NCBI GenBank assembly: GCA_018398765.1
Contig: JAHBMJ010000035.1
Location: 1 to 64,000 of the forward strand
Length of the DNA stretch: 64,000 nt
Origin: Chromera velia
Taxonomy: Eukaryota
Direction: 5' to 3'
Shown: positions 1 to 13,226 of the stretch, in pieces
Position numbering within the stretch: the stretch's first letter is position 1
Layout of the letters: each line of letters opens with the position of its first letter
Program-made: the position numbers and the translations under genes
Notes under the pieces: model-generated
Database searches by the model: none
Told to the model about the DNA's origin: nothing
The model's input: only the letters and a program-made list of their open reading frames with translations

Positions 1-39
1 CACACACACACACACACATGCACACACACACACACACAT

Positions 40-71
<32 letters not shown>
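1..71. repeat. (CA)n microsatellite, intronic
   Basis: cacaca run read directly at the window start, followed by an acceptor-like ccatccag. Confidence 0.95.
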
Positions 72-75
<4 letters not shown>

Positions 76-262
76 CATCCAGACGAATTGTGCACTCCTG
101 CCGTGGAGGGAGGACGTGCTCCATCCATCTCGTGGAGGCCCCTCCCTCTGCATTCAATGGAGCTTCTTTCTTTCTTCCTCCGTCTCTCCTGACTTTTCTT
201 TCTGTGCTCTCTCTCTTTGCGCGCCCTTTTTGATAAATTCGCGAATCCATCTGTGCTTGCAG

Positions 263-2500
263 ATTGTGTCCGTGCCTGTCGGTATGGTGACGATCAAATT
301 TGGAGACACCTACAACGCTGCGGTACGTGGAGGGTCTTGCAGTGCATGTCCGGCTGTCACGCAAGCAAGCCTACACAGTAGAGGCGCACATTCAAAGCAT
401 GCAGCTTGAGTGGAGCTCTCTGCAATTATTTTCGGGGCCCCATTCAGTGCTGCTGTGTGAACATGTCTGTGTGTATCGCGGTGTGTTTGTCTGTATGTCC
501 ATAAGCACGCTTGCCTTCGTCTCTCTCTGCTACTCTGCAGTCTTCTCTCTGTTCAGACAGCCCCTCCATAGATGTCCTTTCCCTCATCGCTCATTGCCTG
601 TGTATGTGGTGGGATCCCTATCTGTGCTTGCGTGGGTGTTTGCGAGTGTGGAGGCCGGCATGATCGTTTGCCTGTGTCATCTGTCTTGTGTCACCGTCTT
701 TTGCACGGTCCTTTTTTTTTGCGTGTCCCTTGACACCTGCCTCCCGTGTGTTCTTTGCAGAACTACAGTGGAGACCGTGACAAGTCGCCACTGGCATCAA
801 GTGAGTAAGACAGACAGGCAGGCAGGCAGGCAGGAAGGGAGGGCGAAAGGAGGATGCGTCTCGGCTGTTTTGATGTATTTCTGTACATACCTGATGTAGA
901 TTGAATATGCATACGCACTGTGGGTCTCTCTTCTGTTTTTTGTCTGTGGAAGCTTTTGCCGCTGTGCTGTGCATGTTCTCTCAACGATCGATTGCAAAGG
1001 AAGTGATCGATCATGCTGACGCCCCCCACAATAGCACACCTAACAATCCTCCCTCGGTGTCTCTGTGCGTGTAGGTGACATTGACCTCTCCCCCAAGATT
1101 GATGTCAGGAGAAGATCGATGCTCGCCAAGGCACTCGCAGATGGAAGAGAAAGCATATCGCCACCTTTCACCGCAAGACGGAGCTCAGTTCCCTCACTTG
1201 CAGCGCTTTTACCCCCCGAAGATTTGAAGGCTTTTCCCCTCTGGGCGGTCATCTTCCGTCTGCTCCATCGACAAAACGAACAAAAGCGACAAGGTGTGCC
1301 TGACGGGAAGGATGATACAGAAGCCATACAACCTCTGTTGGGTCGAACGCTCGTCCAGTTGACGTACTTACCCATCGCCCCCCTGCATGGTGGGAGACAC
1401 TCAATAGACTCCATTTTCTCCCCTCCCCGCGGTCGAGGGAGTGTTTATTCGTCCGTCGTCACTGTACAGATCACGGAGACCGAGAGGGATGGCCGGGCTG
1501 TCCGCAGAGCGCTGCAAGCTTTCGACCTGACTGAGGGAGAGGGAGCAGGGCTTGCTCTCGTCCGAGAAGCCGCCGCAGCAGCAATGCTCACAAAAGCGGT
1601 CAAATGGAATGAAAACCACCAGGCAGATCCTTCCCCGTCCCCCCCTCTGAGTGCAAGGCAAAGAACGAGCCGTGGCTGTTTGAGTGATTCCAACTCAAAG
1701 AAAGATCTCAATTCCCCTCCCAGCCCCATGCCTTCGTCTCCTCCTTCGTCTCCCGGCCCCCCCGAGAAGTTGGCACTAGAGCCACCACAGAAACCTGCCG
1801 ATGTTTCCAGTGCACAAGTGAAGAAAGCCTCCACATTAGACGACCTGGCTGCTGACGGTTGTTTCAGCGCGTCGACTTTGGAAAGGGCGTGTGACGAGGT
1901 CGCTCGGGAGGCTGCAGAAGAGAGCCTGATCAGCGCTCTGCTTTCCAGCCGCGCTTTTGATGAAGAATCCGAACTCTGTCCCGAGGAGCAGCATAAAATG
2001 AGGCGGTCCATCTCAGCGGTCAGTAGGTCTGCTTGCCTCTGTTTTTGTCTTTTCTGTGTGGACCTGCTGCCTCAATGCATTCGACTCTTCACACCCGAAT
2101 AGCTCCTTGCCAAGTGTATAAAAGATTGATTGTGTGTGGTCCAGCTGCTTTACTAAAATCGAAGTTTGCATCCGTCCTATTCAGACATTCTGCATTCTGC
2201 TATACGTGCATGCAGGCAAGACAGCAAGTGGCAGCACAAAAAGAGAAAAAGCTGCGGGAACTTCAGAACCTGCGGCGTCTCCTGCGGCAGGAGCAGCGTC
2301 TTCGGCTTCTTTTGGTGGACCGCATGCGACGACTGACGGGGTCTTTTTCGGATCCCGGGGATTCGGAGAACGAGTCGGGGTCAGAAAGGGAAAAGGACAA
2401 CCTTGAACGGGCCGAGCAGCTTGACGAGGTCGTGGTTACTATCCCGTCTCCCGAAACAGCTCAAAAGGAAGTCCTTGTGGGTCCCCATGCTCTCGTGTAA
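263..2500 (+). CDS. 3' part of a multi-exon hypothetical protein with Pro/Ser-rich and coiled-coil regions; 5' end probably outside the window
   Basis: Long exon from about 1075 (gtag|GDIDLSPK...) to about 2018 (gcg|gtcagt), then terminal exon atgcag|ARQQVAAQKEKKLRELQNLRRLLRQEQ...HALV* ending at 2500. Small candidate exons at about 263-321 and 761-800. An AT-rich block follows the stop. Confidence 0.65.
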
Positions 2501-2519
2501 CTTCGCTGCGGCAATCAAT

Positions 2520-3290
2520 TTCTTGCGCACAATCTATTTAAATAGTTGCCCTTCATTGAAATAGAGGCATTCAAGCTACCACTCTGTACATATAACTTTA
2601 AAAGTGTTTTGATTGCGCATGCTAACTACTTTTTTTTAATGTATCAAGCCATCTACATAGGGAATACTTATCATATGATAGGGGAATACACTAAAAAATC
2701 CATCAAAGTAAGTCACGCCGTATAGTTAGTTACAAAAGCGTTAATCAATTGGTATTTATAATATATATAAATTTAAGAACACTAGGTTTTCTCTGTAGTT
2801 TGAACATATAATTTAACATGCAATTTACGTTTTATTACGGTTTTAAGAGTTTTGTTTTTAAGGTATTTGAAATTTAAAAATTAAGTGTATAGAGTGTATG
2901 AAAAATCATGGATCTGGTCCTAGATGCAGCTAAAAATGTTTGAGTCATAGAAAACCATGACTTTTCTCATACATAATTTTATTTTTCAAACCTAAACATA
3001 ATTTCAAATTTCAACTTTGAAATAATTTTATTTTAATCCATTCGATCTAGTATTCAAATTATTGAAAACATGTATAAATAACAGTATAAAGAACTTTGAA
3101 ATAAAATAACCTTGAATTAAACAGCTAGCTTGATACTAAGGTTTGACACTGCAAACTAAGAATGCTTCCTGTATTTACAACCCCATCTATATCTTTATTC
3201 GCACTTCAAAATAATGGACATTCATCAAGAATTTGACTATACAATTCATTTGATTCAATGATTTGAAGCCGTTTTTTGATAGGACTCTAG
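2520..3290. other. AT-rich intergenic block between convergent gene ends
   Basis: Abrupt switch to AT-rich sequence with no long ORF, between the stop at 2500 (+) and the stop at 3660 (-). Confidence 0.7.
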
Positions 3291-3659
3291 ATGTACTTCT
3301 TCTCAACATGTTCATTTGCTTGCTTTTTATGCCCATTCCTTTTTGACGCTGGATTTGACAAATCATATCTGATTCTCAAACCTTCTCCTGTTACCACCAC
3401 GAGGCGCCTGACTCTCCTAGAAGCAGCAGAACGGAGGAAGGAGCTCTTCTTCAAGTTGGATGCTCTTTGCTCACATTTCCCCGCAGATTCACTTGTCGAC
3501 CTTGCCCGTCTCTGCATTTGTGTGTGAAGGTCTTCTTCTTGTGTGCACCACTATTTCTTCCGCCGGCTCTTTAGGAAGAGGGCTTTTCTTTTTGTGTGAA
3601 GGTGTGTCGTTTCTTTGTGAAGGTGTCTCAGTTCACCCTGCATGCGAGGTTGCTGGCTG

Positions 3660-4989
3660 CTAGAATGCCTCTGCAGCAACGAGCACTCCACCGGCCATCA
3701 GGGGAAGCCAGGGATTCCCAAGGGACATTATGATGCACCCTGCCCAGCCGTTCGATAGTTCATGACCCCCTGCTGCACAGAATATGAGCCCGATCAGGAT
3801 GGCAATCAGGAAAGACCAGGGCCAGAGGATCATCAACGCGAAGCAAAGAATCCCTGCGGCAATCATCACGATCCCCAAAAGAAGGTGCCCGATGTGTTTG
3901 AGGACTTCTCGGAGCTCCATGGTCTGTGCGTCAATCTCCTTTGACTCCCAGTCCTGCAAGGAAGAGAAGGAATCATTCACAGCAGAGAAGGGGAAATGGA
4001 CTTCCTGGAAAGAAGGTAAGGATGTGTGTGTGTGTGTGTGTGTATGTGTGGGTGCGCATGAAACGACAATCAAGAGTGGAATGGAAAGGATGCAGCGCAC
4101 GCCGTCAATTCTTCCTGAACACCCCCCATCCTGATTTGTTTCTAACTGTGTACTGCGTCACGTTTGCCGTCATAGCTTTCCATCGTCTTCTTATGAAACC
4201 ACATACTCACCCGCTTCACAAGCTGCACCATTCCCGTTGCCGCCCCTTCCCTTGCCAGAGAAGAAGAAGCGGATGAATTAGAAGAAGATGAAGAAGGTCC
4301 GAGAGGGTCTCCAAACCCGATTTGATCGAGGGACTCCAGAAGAGAGAACCTCAGAGAGGGGTCTGAACTGCCCTCGACCTCCTCTGCCTGCACTAAATTC
4401 ATCCGTCAAATAAGTCATGTGGTCGAATGACTACGGGGGCATATAGAAGAAGAAATGGAGAGCGAAATAGAAGGACTCGGGATGTATGCTTGTGAAAGGA
4501 CATCGAGGTGCATATTCCTACCTGTGTGAAGGATGTCTTTGAGGACGCGTTGTTCTGTTTCCCTTCTCCATCCAGAGATTTGTCAAGGACCGGAGGTCCA
4601 AAGATGCTCTGTCCTCTGTCGTCTGTGAGGTCCAATTTGTCCTTCGAGAAGGTGTGGAAAGAGGGAAGTCGGGCCTGAAGGAAGAAAGGAAGGAAGGAAG
4701 ACATGCAGGCGGGCAGGCAGGCGGGCAGGCACGTGAAAGAAGAAGGGGATGAAGGAAGAAGGAAAGAAATTGATTGCAAGCCTCAAGAGGGCACCGAGGT
4801 CCATGTAAAAGGGGGTCGGTCAGGAATCTCTGAGTATTCGAGACCTCCGATATTGCTTGCATGTGGTGACCTCGGCCGTGGAAGGAAAGAGTCTTACCAT
4901 TCGGACGGGAAAAAGGAAGAATGGCACCAGTGACTCTCCCATGTGTTGGTGTGCGAAAGAGGGGGGAAGAGAGAGAGAGAGAGAGAGAG

Positions 4990-5020
<31 letters not shown>

Positions 5021-8000
5021 GAGGGAGGCAGACAGACGCACACGGAACGGAAGACGACAGAAATGTCCTCTAAGACCCTGTCTTAATTGCTTCGTCTTTG
5101 TGGGGAACAGCACAAAGCAAAAGTATGAAGGTACAGCAGTACGGACTGACGAGATCTCGCGCCTTCAAGTTATGGAATTTTTGAGGAAGCATGTAGAGCC
5201 GCGACGTGGCGTCTGCCAGCTGCAGGTGAAGCAATGAATGCATGTTGGTTTACTTAGACGGTTGTCTATTGGAGAACTCCGACCAATTTGGAGGAAATGG
5301 GACTAAATGGCATTTCAGAGGAATGTGCAGAAAACGTATAATAACAAGAAGAAGAAAAAGCGGACAAATGTTAGTCACCTTTTACTCGTACTACTAAAAG
5401 CGGGCCTCACTATCGGTCGGCACCATACCTTCCTTGCCTGATTCCTGACTGACATCTGCAAGAGTCAGATCTCCTATTTCGATCAGCTCGGGAGAGGATG
5501 CAAGAGTGGCAGAGGGATGCAGTCCGCCTCTCCCATGTCCCATTTTCACGTCCCAAGTGGAAGGGGAAGATCCCCTCTCACTCGACCTCTTCAATTTGCT
5601 CAGAGAAAGGGGCACAGGGAGGGCACCGTCGAGGTCCAAGAAGGCCCCGGCATCCTCTGTCAGGGCGTCCACCTGCTTGGCTTCACTTGCAACGGCCTTC
5701 TCAATCCCCCCCTCCTTGTCCATCTGCATATAACCATCATGCATGCATGCATGCAGGGGAATTAAGCAGAGAAAGGGGCCGGGCACTGAAAATGCAAAGG
5801 CGCAAAAACAAGTCAGCATGAGGTGACATTGAGATCCGGCCTAAATGGTTTCGGCTTTTCTGCTGAATTGTTTTCATCTGCTCGTCTCCGTTGGGCTCAA
5901 AAGCGTTTCTTTTTTTTGCATTCCTTTTTTCATTCCTAGTCATATGGCAGAGGCTGCAGTTATCTCGGCCATTCAGTTCTCTGTACGCACATGCAGAGAG
6001 CCGGCAAGTTGAGGAAATTCCAATGAAGACGCTCATGAATAAAACAGCCTAATCCAGCATCTCACTTCACATTCAGTGCGCACCTGTGCTTTCTCCTTAT
6101 TGGGCTTCAGACGTTCCAGCTGCAGGGCGCAGAAAGGGTTAAATCATGTCAGGCACAACACACAGAATGGTTTTAATTTGATGATGGTCACCCCCTCACG
6201 TCTTATAGAACCGTCTGACAATTTGTTGAATGAACGTCAGAAAGAGAGAGGCGAATCTGGAAGTCTGGGCACTCACAGAGAATGAAAGGGCCGCACCGGA
6301 GCGGGCAGGAGGCAAGGAGACGCCGGCTAGAGGCAGCAAGTGCTCATGCAGCAATCGACCGACCGACCATTCCGAGCATCTTCTTTCTTACGGTGGATCC
6401 AGGCTTCAGGGTTCTTCTTACTTCGTCCTGGTAAGCTTCGCTTTTCTGACAGAGACCCTGCACACACACACACGTACAAACTTACACACCCCATACACAC
6501 ACCCCATACACAAACTTGCACACGTACAAAGTCAAAAAGGCACCCACAAACTAACAGGCAAACTTACACACGCGCACACGCGTACGCACCTGCGGACCCA
6601 TTTGACTCATGAAGGCCTCCTTGGTCCACAATGCAGATCGACACATCACGGAAGCAGCAGTCGAGACAGACGGCTTTCCCCCTCCGACACAAAAAGGTGT
6701 AGGCTCCCGGGGAGCAAAGTACATCATTGTCTGGACGTCTCAGAACATGACCAAACGGACAAATGCACCCACACATACTCACACGAGCAAAGAGATAAGA
6801 AACTACCACAGGAAAACCACTCTTCTTTTCTTACTTCCCCTCAGATAGATACGGGCTCATGACGAGCATTTGAAAGCGCTCTTCCTTCTTCCCACACACA
6901 TCTGTTTGAGAAAAGGAAACGGGAACGAAAAGATGCAAAACGGACTGACCCAGTCGACCAATTCTTTCTTATGTTCCTTCGTCCTCGCGTTTCTGGTCTC
7001 ATCGTCGGGTGCCGACTCGATGTACATTCTCTTTTCGGCTGCAGGCGGAGACAAGACAAGACAAGACAAGACAAGACACGGTGAGACCATGCCTGTAAGT
7101 CGTCGATGCTTTCTACGATTAAAATCTATTTCCATCAACACGCGCGTTCTCTCAGAATGGAATCACGCCAGACAGAAAAGGAAATCCCCGCTAGGAAGAA
7201 TAAAAAGGCAAAAAAGCAAAATCAACTCATTGACTAATTGATGCGAAGCAAGAACAAGAAGATGAACAGACAAATAGGCACTCAGGCAGACAGAAAGCTT
7301 GCTCTCAGCTTAATCGACGAACTCTGTTGAAGATGTTCTCATCTTTCTTATTTGGAAGGAGCCCACCCCCCCACAGGTTCTGAATCTTTGGACACGCTCA
7401 CCTGAGAGATAGATGTCACAAGCTGTACGGCCCGTCCCAGCATTCTGATCAAGTTCGCGCTGCGAGACAGGGCGATATGCAAGTCAGAGCAGAGGACCAG
7501 CAACACATATACAGACATTCACATAGACAGATAATTACATCGCAACTCTCCTTTTCCATTTCCTCTTTGCATTCTCTCTTTTCTTTCTTATCACACTAAA
7601 AGAAAGACGCCCATCCAGTCCACTTTCTCGACGTCAAGCCCCTCTGCCTACTGCTTTTCTTCTTTCACCGTTTTGGCAGGCAGACTTTGACCTGAATCTC
7701 AAGTTGCCTTTTTATTCGGCTCCCTCCCCCCGCCCGCAAAACGCTCTTTTCGTCCACTGCTCATCTCGTCGCACGTACACTGGTTGAGCGAAGACACTTT
7801 TTTTGCTCAAAAGAAGAAGAGATGCGGAGAACACAGAGGAGGAAAAAGAAGGCAGACCATCCAGGTACGAGCGAAAAAAACGCATTCACTTACCACTTTC
7901 TGTGCGTCTTCATCTGTCATTCTGCACTCTGCAATGTCTCTCAGGAGGAGGGTGCCGTCCTTGAGACTCTGCAGAGAGAGGTCAAAGCGTTTCATTACTT

Positions 8001-9920
8001 ACAACCACACATGCGGGGGAACGAGGAAAGTGCCACGGTACAGAGAGAAAGAGAGAAATGAGGTTGCGTCGAATTTTAATGAGTGCTCCAAGTCATGGGC
8101 GCAAACCGACCGAAACCTCCTTTGGCTTTCAAATCAAAAAATGGTTCGATCTGATAACAACCTGATGAAAGCTAGAGTCTGTTCACAGAACATTTCCGTT
8201 TCCTCTCAAAAGATCCTTCCACTTACTTGGGAGAATGACTCTCTGCCGCAGGGTCTCTCCTTGATGCTCTTCACCAAATCCATCAGCATGTCCACCTCCT
8301 GCTTGCTCGTCATGTCGGGTCGGCATCTTTTCTGCACCCGTGCACCAATATTTGTTCTCTTCATCCATGCAGTCAGCCAGCAAAGCAGCTGTAGGACGTA
8401 GAAAGAGCGACAGGAGATGTTCAAAGGACTGCCGACAAGAGCCATCGAGTCTGATTCTGCGACGTCCCGTCAGAACAAGAAGATCAAGAGGAAGCCTCCT
8501 GAAGAACCATTGATCAAAGCAAAGCCATCAACCACATAATTTTTGTCGCATCTGCAGAGTCTTTTTGTTTGTCAAGACAAGGCTCCTTCTGAGATGTGCC
8601 TCTGTCTGTTCCCTCCCACCTTTTCTTTTGTCTCCGGGTCCTCTCTGTAACTGCAGAAAGGACAGTGAGTGCGCCAGGAAAGGAAGACAGGCGGTTTAGC
8701 GTTTTTTGCCCACTTTGTATGTAATACTTTTTGTGTCCACTTTGTATGTAATGCTTTTTGTGTCCACTTTGTAATTAATACGAAATAAGCTTGACCAGCA
8801 ATCTTTCTCCTTTTCCTTGTTTCAGTCACCAGAAAATGTTGCCGACTTTGAGAACAAGTATGGCTCTTACAATCACCCAAAGATAGAAAGGCATTCTGGC
8901 TAGAAAGAATGCAGACAGACAATGCCACGACTAGACAAGCACTCAGATGGACAGAAGAACAAGAAGGAGACAGTCTGATAGGCACACCCACCCACCCTGC
9001 TTTGACGTCATTCACGGTGCAGTCAAGGATGTCGCCTTCCACCTCGGGTTTGTAGTGAAGCGCAACAAGGGAGAACGCCCCTCCTACCCTGCAATTGTGG
9101 CACAGGGCAGAATGAATGCCTCGTTCCCTTCCGATCGGGACTCAAGGAGTCAGCAATGCACCCTACCAGTCCGACAAATCGACACTTCAAAGAAAGAAGG
9201 AGAGGATCAAAACACTTCATCCTTACTGACTTTCTAGTTTCGGCATCAAGTTTTTCCCTGCACCGCAAATTTGAGCCCTTTTAAACTATGCTTGGGAAAA
9301 GAACAGACGAATCCTTTCGTTTCTCAAAAGACAGAAGTACCAAAAGAATGACTGACTGACTGACTGACTGACTGACTGACTGAGTGACTGACTGACTGAC
9401 TGACTGACTGACTGACTGACCTTTCCAGGCTGACTGCCTTTTGAGGGGTCTCGAGGAAATCGTCGGTTGCCCTGAGGTAGAGAAACAACAATTCCCTCTG
9501 CACTCAGCGTCAAACAGACGAAGCGATAAATTCACATACACACTCTGTATTCCAGAACGAAAGCAAAACAGGGGAAGGAAGGAAGGAAGGAAGGAAGGAA
9601 GGAACGAACGAACGAACAAACGAACGAACGAACGAAAGACGGAAGGAAGGAACGAAAGAGAGAGGGGCAGGGAAGAAGGGGAGGAACTAAGTAAGCGAAG
9701 AAGAAACAAGAATGTCTTTCCACTCCCCTGCGTACTGCCAGTAAGCGGAATTTGAACTCTTCAACAGTGCAGAATCAAATTGAAAGAAGGATACCAGAAG
9801 GAGAGGCATAATTCATCAGTCGCCGCTTTGGCTCCTTCAAACAAATTCTACATTGAACAGAGATGCATCCACGAAAGCCACAACTGTTGTGTCAGCAGAG
9901 ACCCCCTCATCCAGAGGTAC

Positions 9921-9963
<43 letters not shown>

Positions 9964-10105
9964 AGGGAGAGGGAGAGAGCAGACTGACGAACCATCATTG
10001 CCTGACGGGATCCTGCAATGTCCTGGACCCTGAAGCCGCTCTGATTGAATTCTTCCTGGAGGCAGGTGTAATCACAAACACAGAGACACGTCCACACACT
10101 CACAT

Positions 10106-10145
<40 letters not shown>

Positions 10146-12299
10146 TTACACTTTTACACTTTTACACACAAAAACACAAACACACAAACACACAGACACA
10201 CACTTACTCACTTACAAAGTGGTAGAGAATTTTTTTTTTCTGAAAGCGGAAGCCCGCGCAGCAGCAGAAAGAGGAAATAGACAGGCGGGGAGACATAAAA
10301 AACAACCGGACGACCACAGTGAGACAATTCAAAACAAGGATGAGCAGACGGACCTGAAGAAGATTCATTGGAAGGATATAGCTGTGTTCCCCTTTCCTAC
10401 AGCACGGGTGTTCCTCGACCTGTTTGATTTTCTGCCCGTCGCTCCTGAAAGGAGCAGAGAGAAGAAGAAGCAGGATATGATATGCACCAGATGTCCCGAT
10501 CATGGAATTTTCCTGAATCTTTTCTTCCTGTTACTTCCAAGGAAAGAGAAAAACTGCATCTAGGCTTGGAGGAGCTAGCGGTGTCCTTTTATGTATGTGC
10601 CTTTTCTTTTCTCACACAAGACAGGCAGAAAGATCGATAGACAAAGAAAGTAGCTGCCCGCTTTCCTCCCTCCCTTGCTCCCTCCCTTCCTGCTTCTGTT
10701 TTCCGTCCCCGCTGGTGTGGGGGCTTGCCTGTTGAGCATTCTCTTTCCCCATTTCTGCCTCCCTGTCCCCATCTTCTTTCTGCCTGTCCCCCCAAATGAC
10801 TCACGAATGACAACTTGCGCAGTAGAACTCTGGGTCTGTTGGCAAATCGTCGTAGCTGCATGCATCAGGAAGAACGCGAAGATCGAGAAGGGCGCATGAG
10901 AAAAGGAAAAGGAAGAGGCATGGCAAATTCCAAAGGGAAGAGGCGTAATCAATCGCAGTCAAAAAGAAAAAAAGAAACAAACGGGCCAACTGACAGGCAG
11001 GGTCTCCCAAACAGATTCGGGACGCAGTAGGAAAGTGTGCATGCCACCGCTCCAGTATTGAGACTGTCTGTCATATTATTTGAACAGAACGGAGTGGCGA
11101 ATTGGGAAAAGCCGGTAGCAATAAACATGCGCAAGAGCGAAAAACGAGAGGTTCCGGGTTGAATCACAAGCACTTTCTCATTGAACAATCGATGTATTAC
11201 ATGAAAGCAAGGGCTCCCGCTTGAGAGACGGACCTTTGCCATGAGTCGTGTCCAATTTTGTCACAAAATCCGCTGCAAAGAAGCAACAAGGAGACGACAG
11301 ACGTCTTGTTTTCAGGTCCCGCAGGTTTACCGAAAAATATCCTTTTCTATTTTTCCCACTATCTCGCGCTTGCCTTAGTGTCTGAGAAACGAATCGCCAA
11401 AGCACGCAAGTTAATCATCCTGCCCCCNNNNNNNNNNNNNNNNNNNNNCCCCCCACTGACTCAAAGGATGGAGGATCGTAGGGCTTCATCACGTCATCCA
11501 ATTTCTTCCACCTGCAGATGGTCAGTCAGTCAGTTAGTCGATTAGGGATGGAGGGCACAGGCAGACAGAAAACGATGGAGCTACGGGAACGCGTCATTTC
11601 TTTGTTGCATTTAAACAATCATTCTGTGAGCCAATGCGTGCGTCGACAGTGATGAAACGCATACATGCAAACAGATCGACACACACACAAAGTTGAAGCC
11701 CGTATATGGATGAACGTACACCGGAGACAGCCGCATCCATCCATACGTGTGCGTGGAATCGTTCATTGCGGAAGTAGAGCAAAGCGTAAAGACAAGACTG
11801 ATGTCATTTTCTCTTCAGGCAGACAGGGGAACGCTCCAGACCTGTTAAAAGAGAAAAAGTGCGTATGTGCCCCATTCAAAAGCCCAACTCCCTATGCATC
11901 TGCACACGCATGAACACTTACCGATGAATTTCCTTCGTCCACCAGAGTCTGGTGAGAAACAGACAGGTAGCGTCCGTCTCTGTGCTTGAGATGAGGTTTC
12001 CCTGCGGATCCATCGTCTTCTGGAGACAGCGGGAGTTTTTGGTCGCACACGATGGACCCTCGCACGCGAGCTTCGTCACCTCCCTCTTCTTTGCCCAAAA
12101 CGCTCCGTAGCGCTCGGTGGTCCCCTTGCTGCACACTCACTCACTCTCTCACCAAGGTCACTCGGGTCACTCACTCACGCATGTAAACACAAAAATCCGG
12201 ATGGATTCACATGAGAGACAGAGAAGCCATTCGACGGAATTCAAATCCATGGCTGAACCGGTTTCTGTCTGTTTGTCTGTCTGCCTACGTGTCTGGCTT

Positions 12300-12337
<38 letters not shown>

Positions 12338-12815
12338 CGGCTAGCTGGCTGGCTGGCTGGCCGGCCGGCCGGCTGACTGTCTGATTAACTGAACGACTGA
12401 CCGACTTACTGACTGATTCATTGACTGGCTCAGTCTGACTGACTCACTGACGGACTGGCCAACTGGCTCACGGGCTGGCCGGCTGGCTGACTGATTGAGC
12501 CGCTAGATCTGACCAAGAGCCTGACTAGAGCTGCATGAATGCCTGCGTGACTGACAAGTGATATCGGCATTCGCCTCCGATAGAGTCCAACTGCCGATGC
12601 TCCACCAACTGGGTCTTTGTCTCTTTTTTGCTGACGAAGGAGGAAAACGCATGTTCCGCTCTTGACCTTGCAAGGCCATACTCCGACAGCCTCGCCAAGG
12701 TACCTGCATGGTGCTCTGCCTTGTTGCTGACTTGGATGCAGTGGGCGCTGCAGAGCATCAGAATAAGACAAGACGCAGTGAACTGCGTTCTGAAACTCCG
12801 CGTGCCGACCGGCAT
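3660..12815 (-). CDS. Multi-exon secreted/membrane protein of unknown function: signal peptide, Cys-containing ectodomain, C-terminal Gly-rich hydrophobic helices
   Basis: ATG at 12815 gives MPVGTRSFRTQFTASCLILMLCSAHC/IQ, which looks like a signal peptide. Phase-compatible exons chain: ...GGECRYHF|KGTTERYGAFW...KEIHR|WKKLDDVMKPYDPPSF|DYDDLPTDPEFYCASCHS|SDGQKIKQVEEHPCC...|EEFNQSGF...|NLFEGAKAATDELCLSFW|ATDDFLETPQKAVSLER|VGGAFSLVALHYKPEVEGDILDCTVNDVKAG|YREDPETKEK|KRCRPDM... The last exon encodes HLLLGIVMIAAGILCFALMILWPWSFLIAILIGLIFCAAGG...AEAF*. Some middle exons are approximate. Confidence 0.75.
8702..8781. repeat. 27-bp minisatellite, about 3 copies, intronic
   Basis: Unit ccactttgtatgtaat(a/g)ctttttgtgt repeated with a 27-nt period. 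Confidence 0.85.
9349..9420. repeat. (ACTG)n microsatellite starting exactly at a minus-strand splice donor
   Basis: Minus strand reads ...ctggaaag|GTCAGTCAGTCAGT... Confidence 0.9.
11428..11448. other. Assembly gap (N run) inside a poly-C tract
   Basis: N characters flanked by C runs. Confidence 0.99.
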
Positions 12816-13186
12816 TTGCTTTCGTCTGGTATGCTCTTCAATCGTAGATCGTTATACACGTATTTTACAATGGCGTTTGTTTTCGAAAAAAAAAAACGGA
12901 TCTCTGTAGTGCTTTCTTCTCGGTTAATTGACCAACTGGATTCAGATTGCTGGGGAAATGCTGTAAGGGTGCATGGGAACAAAGGCACCACTCTCAGCTT
13001 CCCTGCTACCAGACTGATTGACCAAGCTCTCGTCTGTCAGGCTGTCTTACTGCTGTGCTCGGTGACTGTCCAAGTGAGTTACTTCCAGCACTGCAATGAT
13101 CCATCTTTGTTCGAGCTTTTCTCTTCACTTTCTCAATGCTACCTGGCTGAAATGATCGAAGCTGATGGAGCAAAATTAGTTGACTC

Positions 13187-13223
<37 letters not shown>

Positions 13224-13226
13224 TGA

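Noticed and set aside
3450..3670. Possible frameshift or UGA readthrough extending the secreted protein (GILAASNLACRVN*DTFTKK...)
   Set aside because: Needs both a frameshift and a readthrough; a plain 3' UTR is the simpler reading
8995..9088. Resemblance of YKPEVEGDILDCTVNDV to RPB7/S1 OB-fold motifs
   Set aside because: The exon belongs to a long signal-peptide protein and the flanking exons show no S1 continuation
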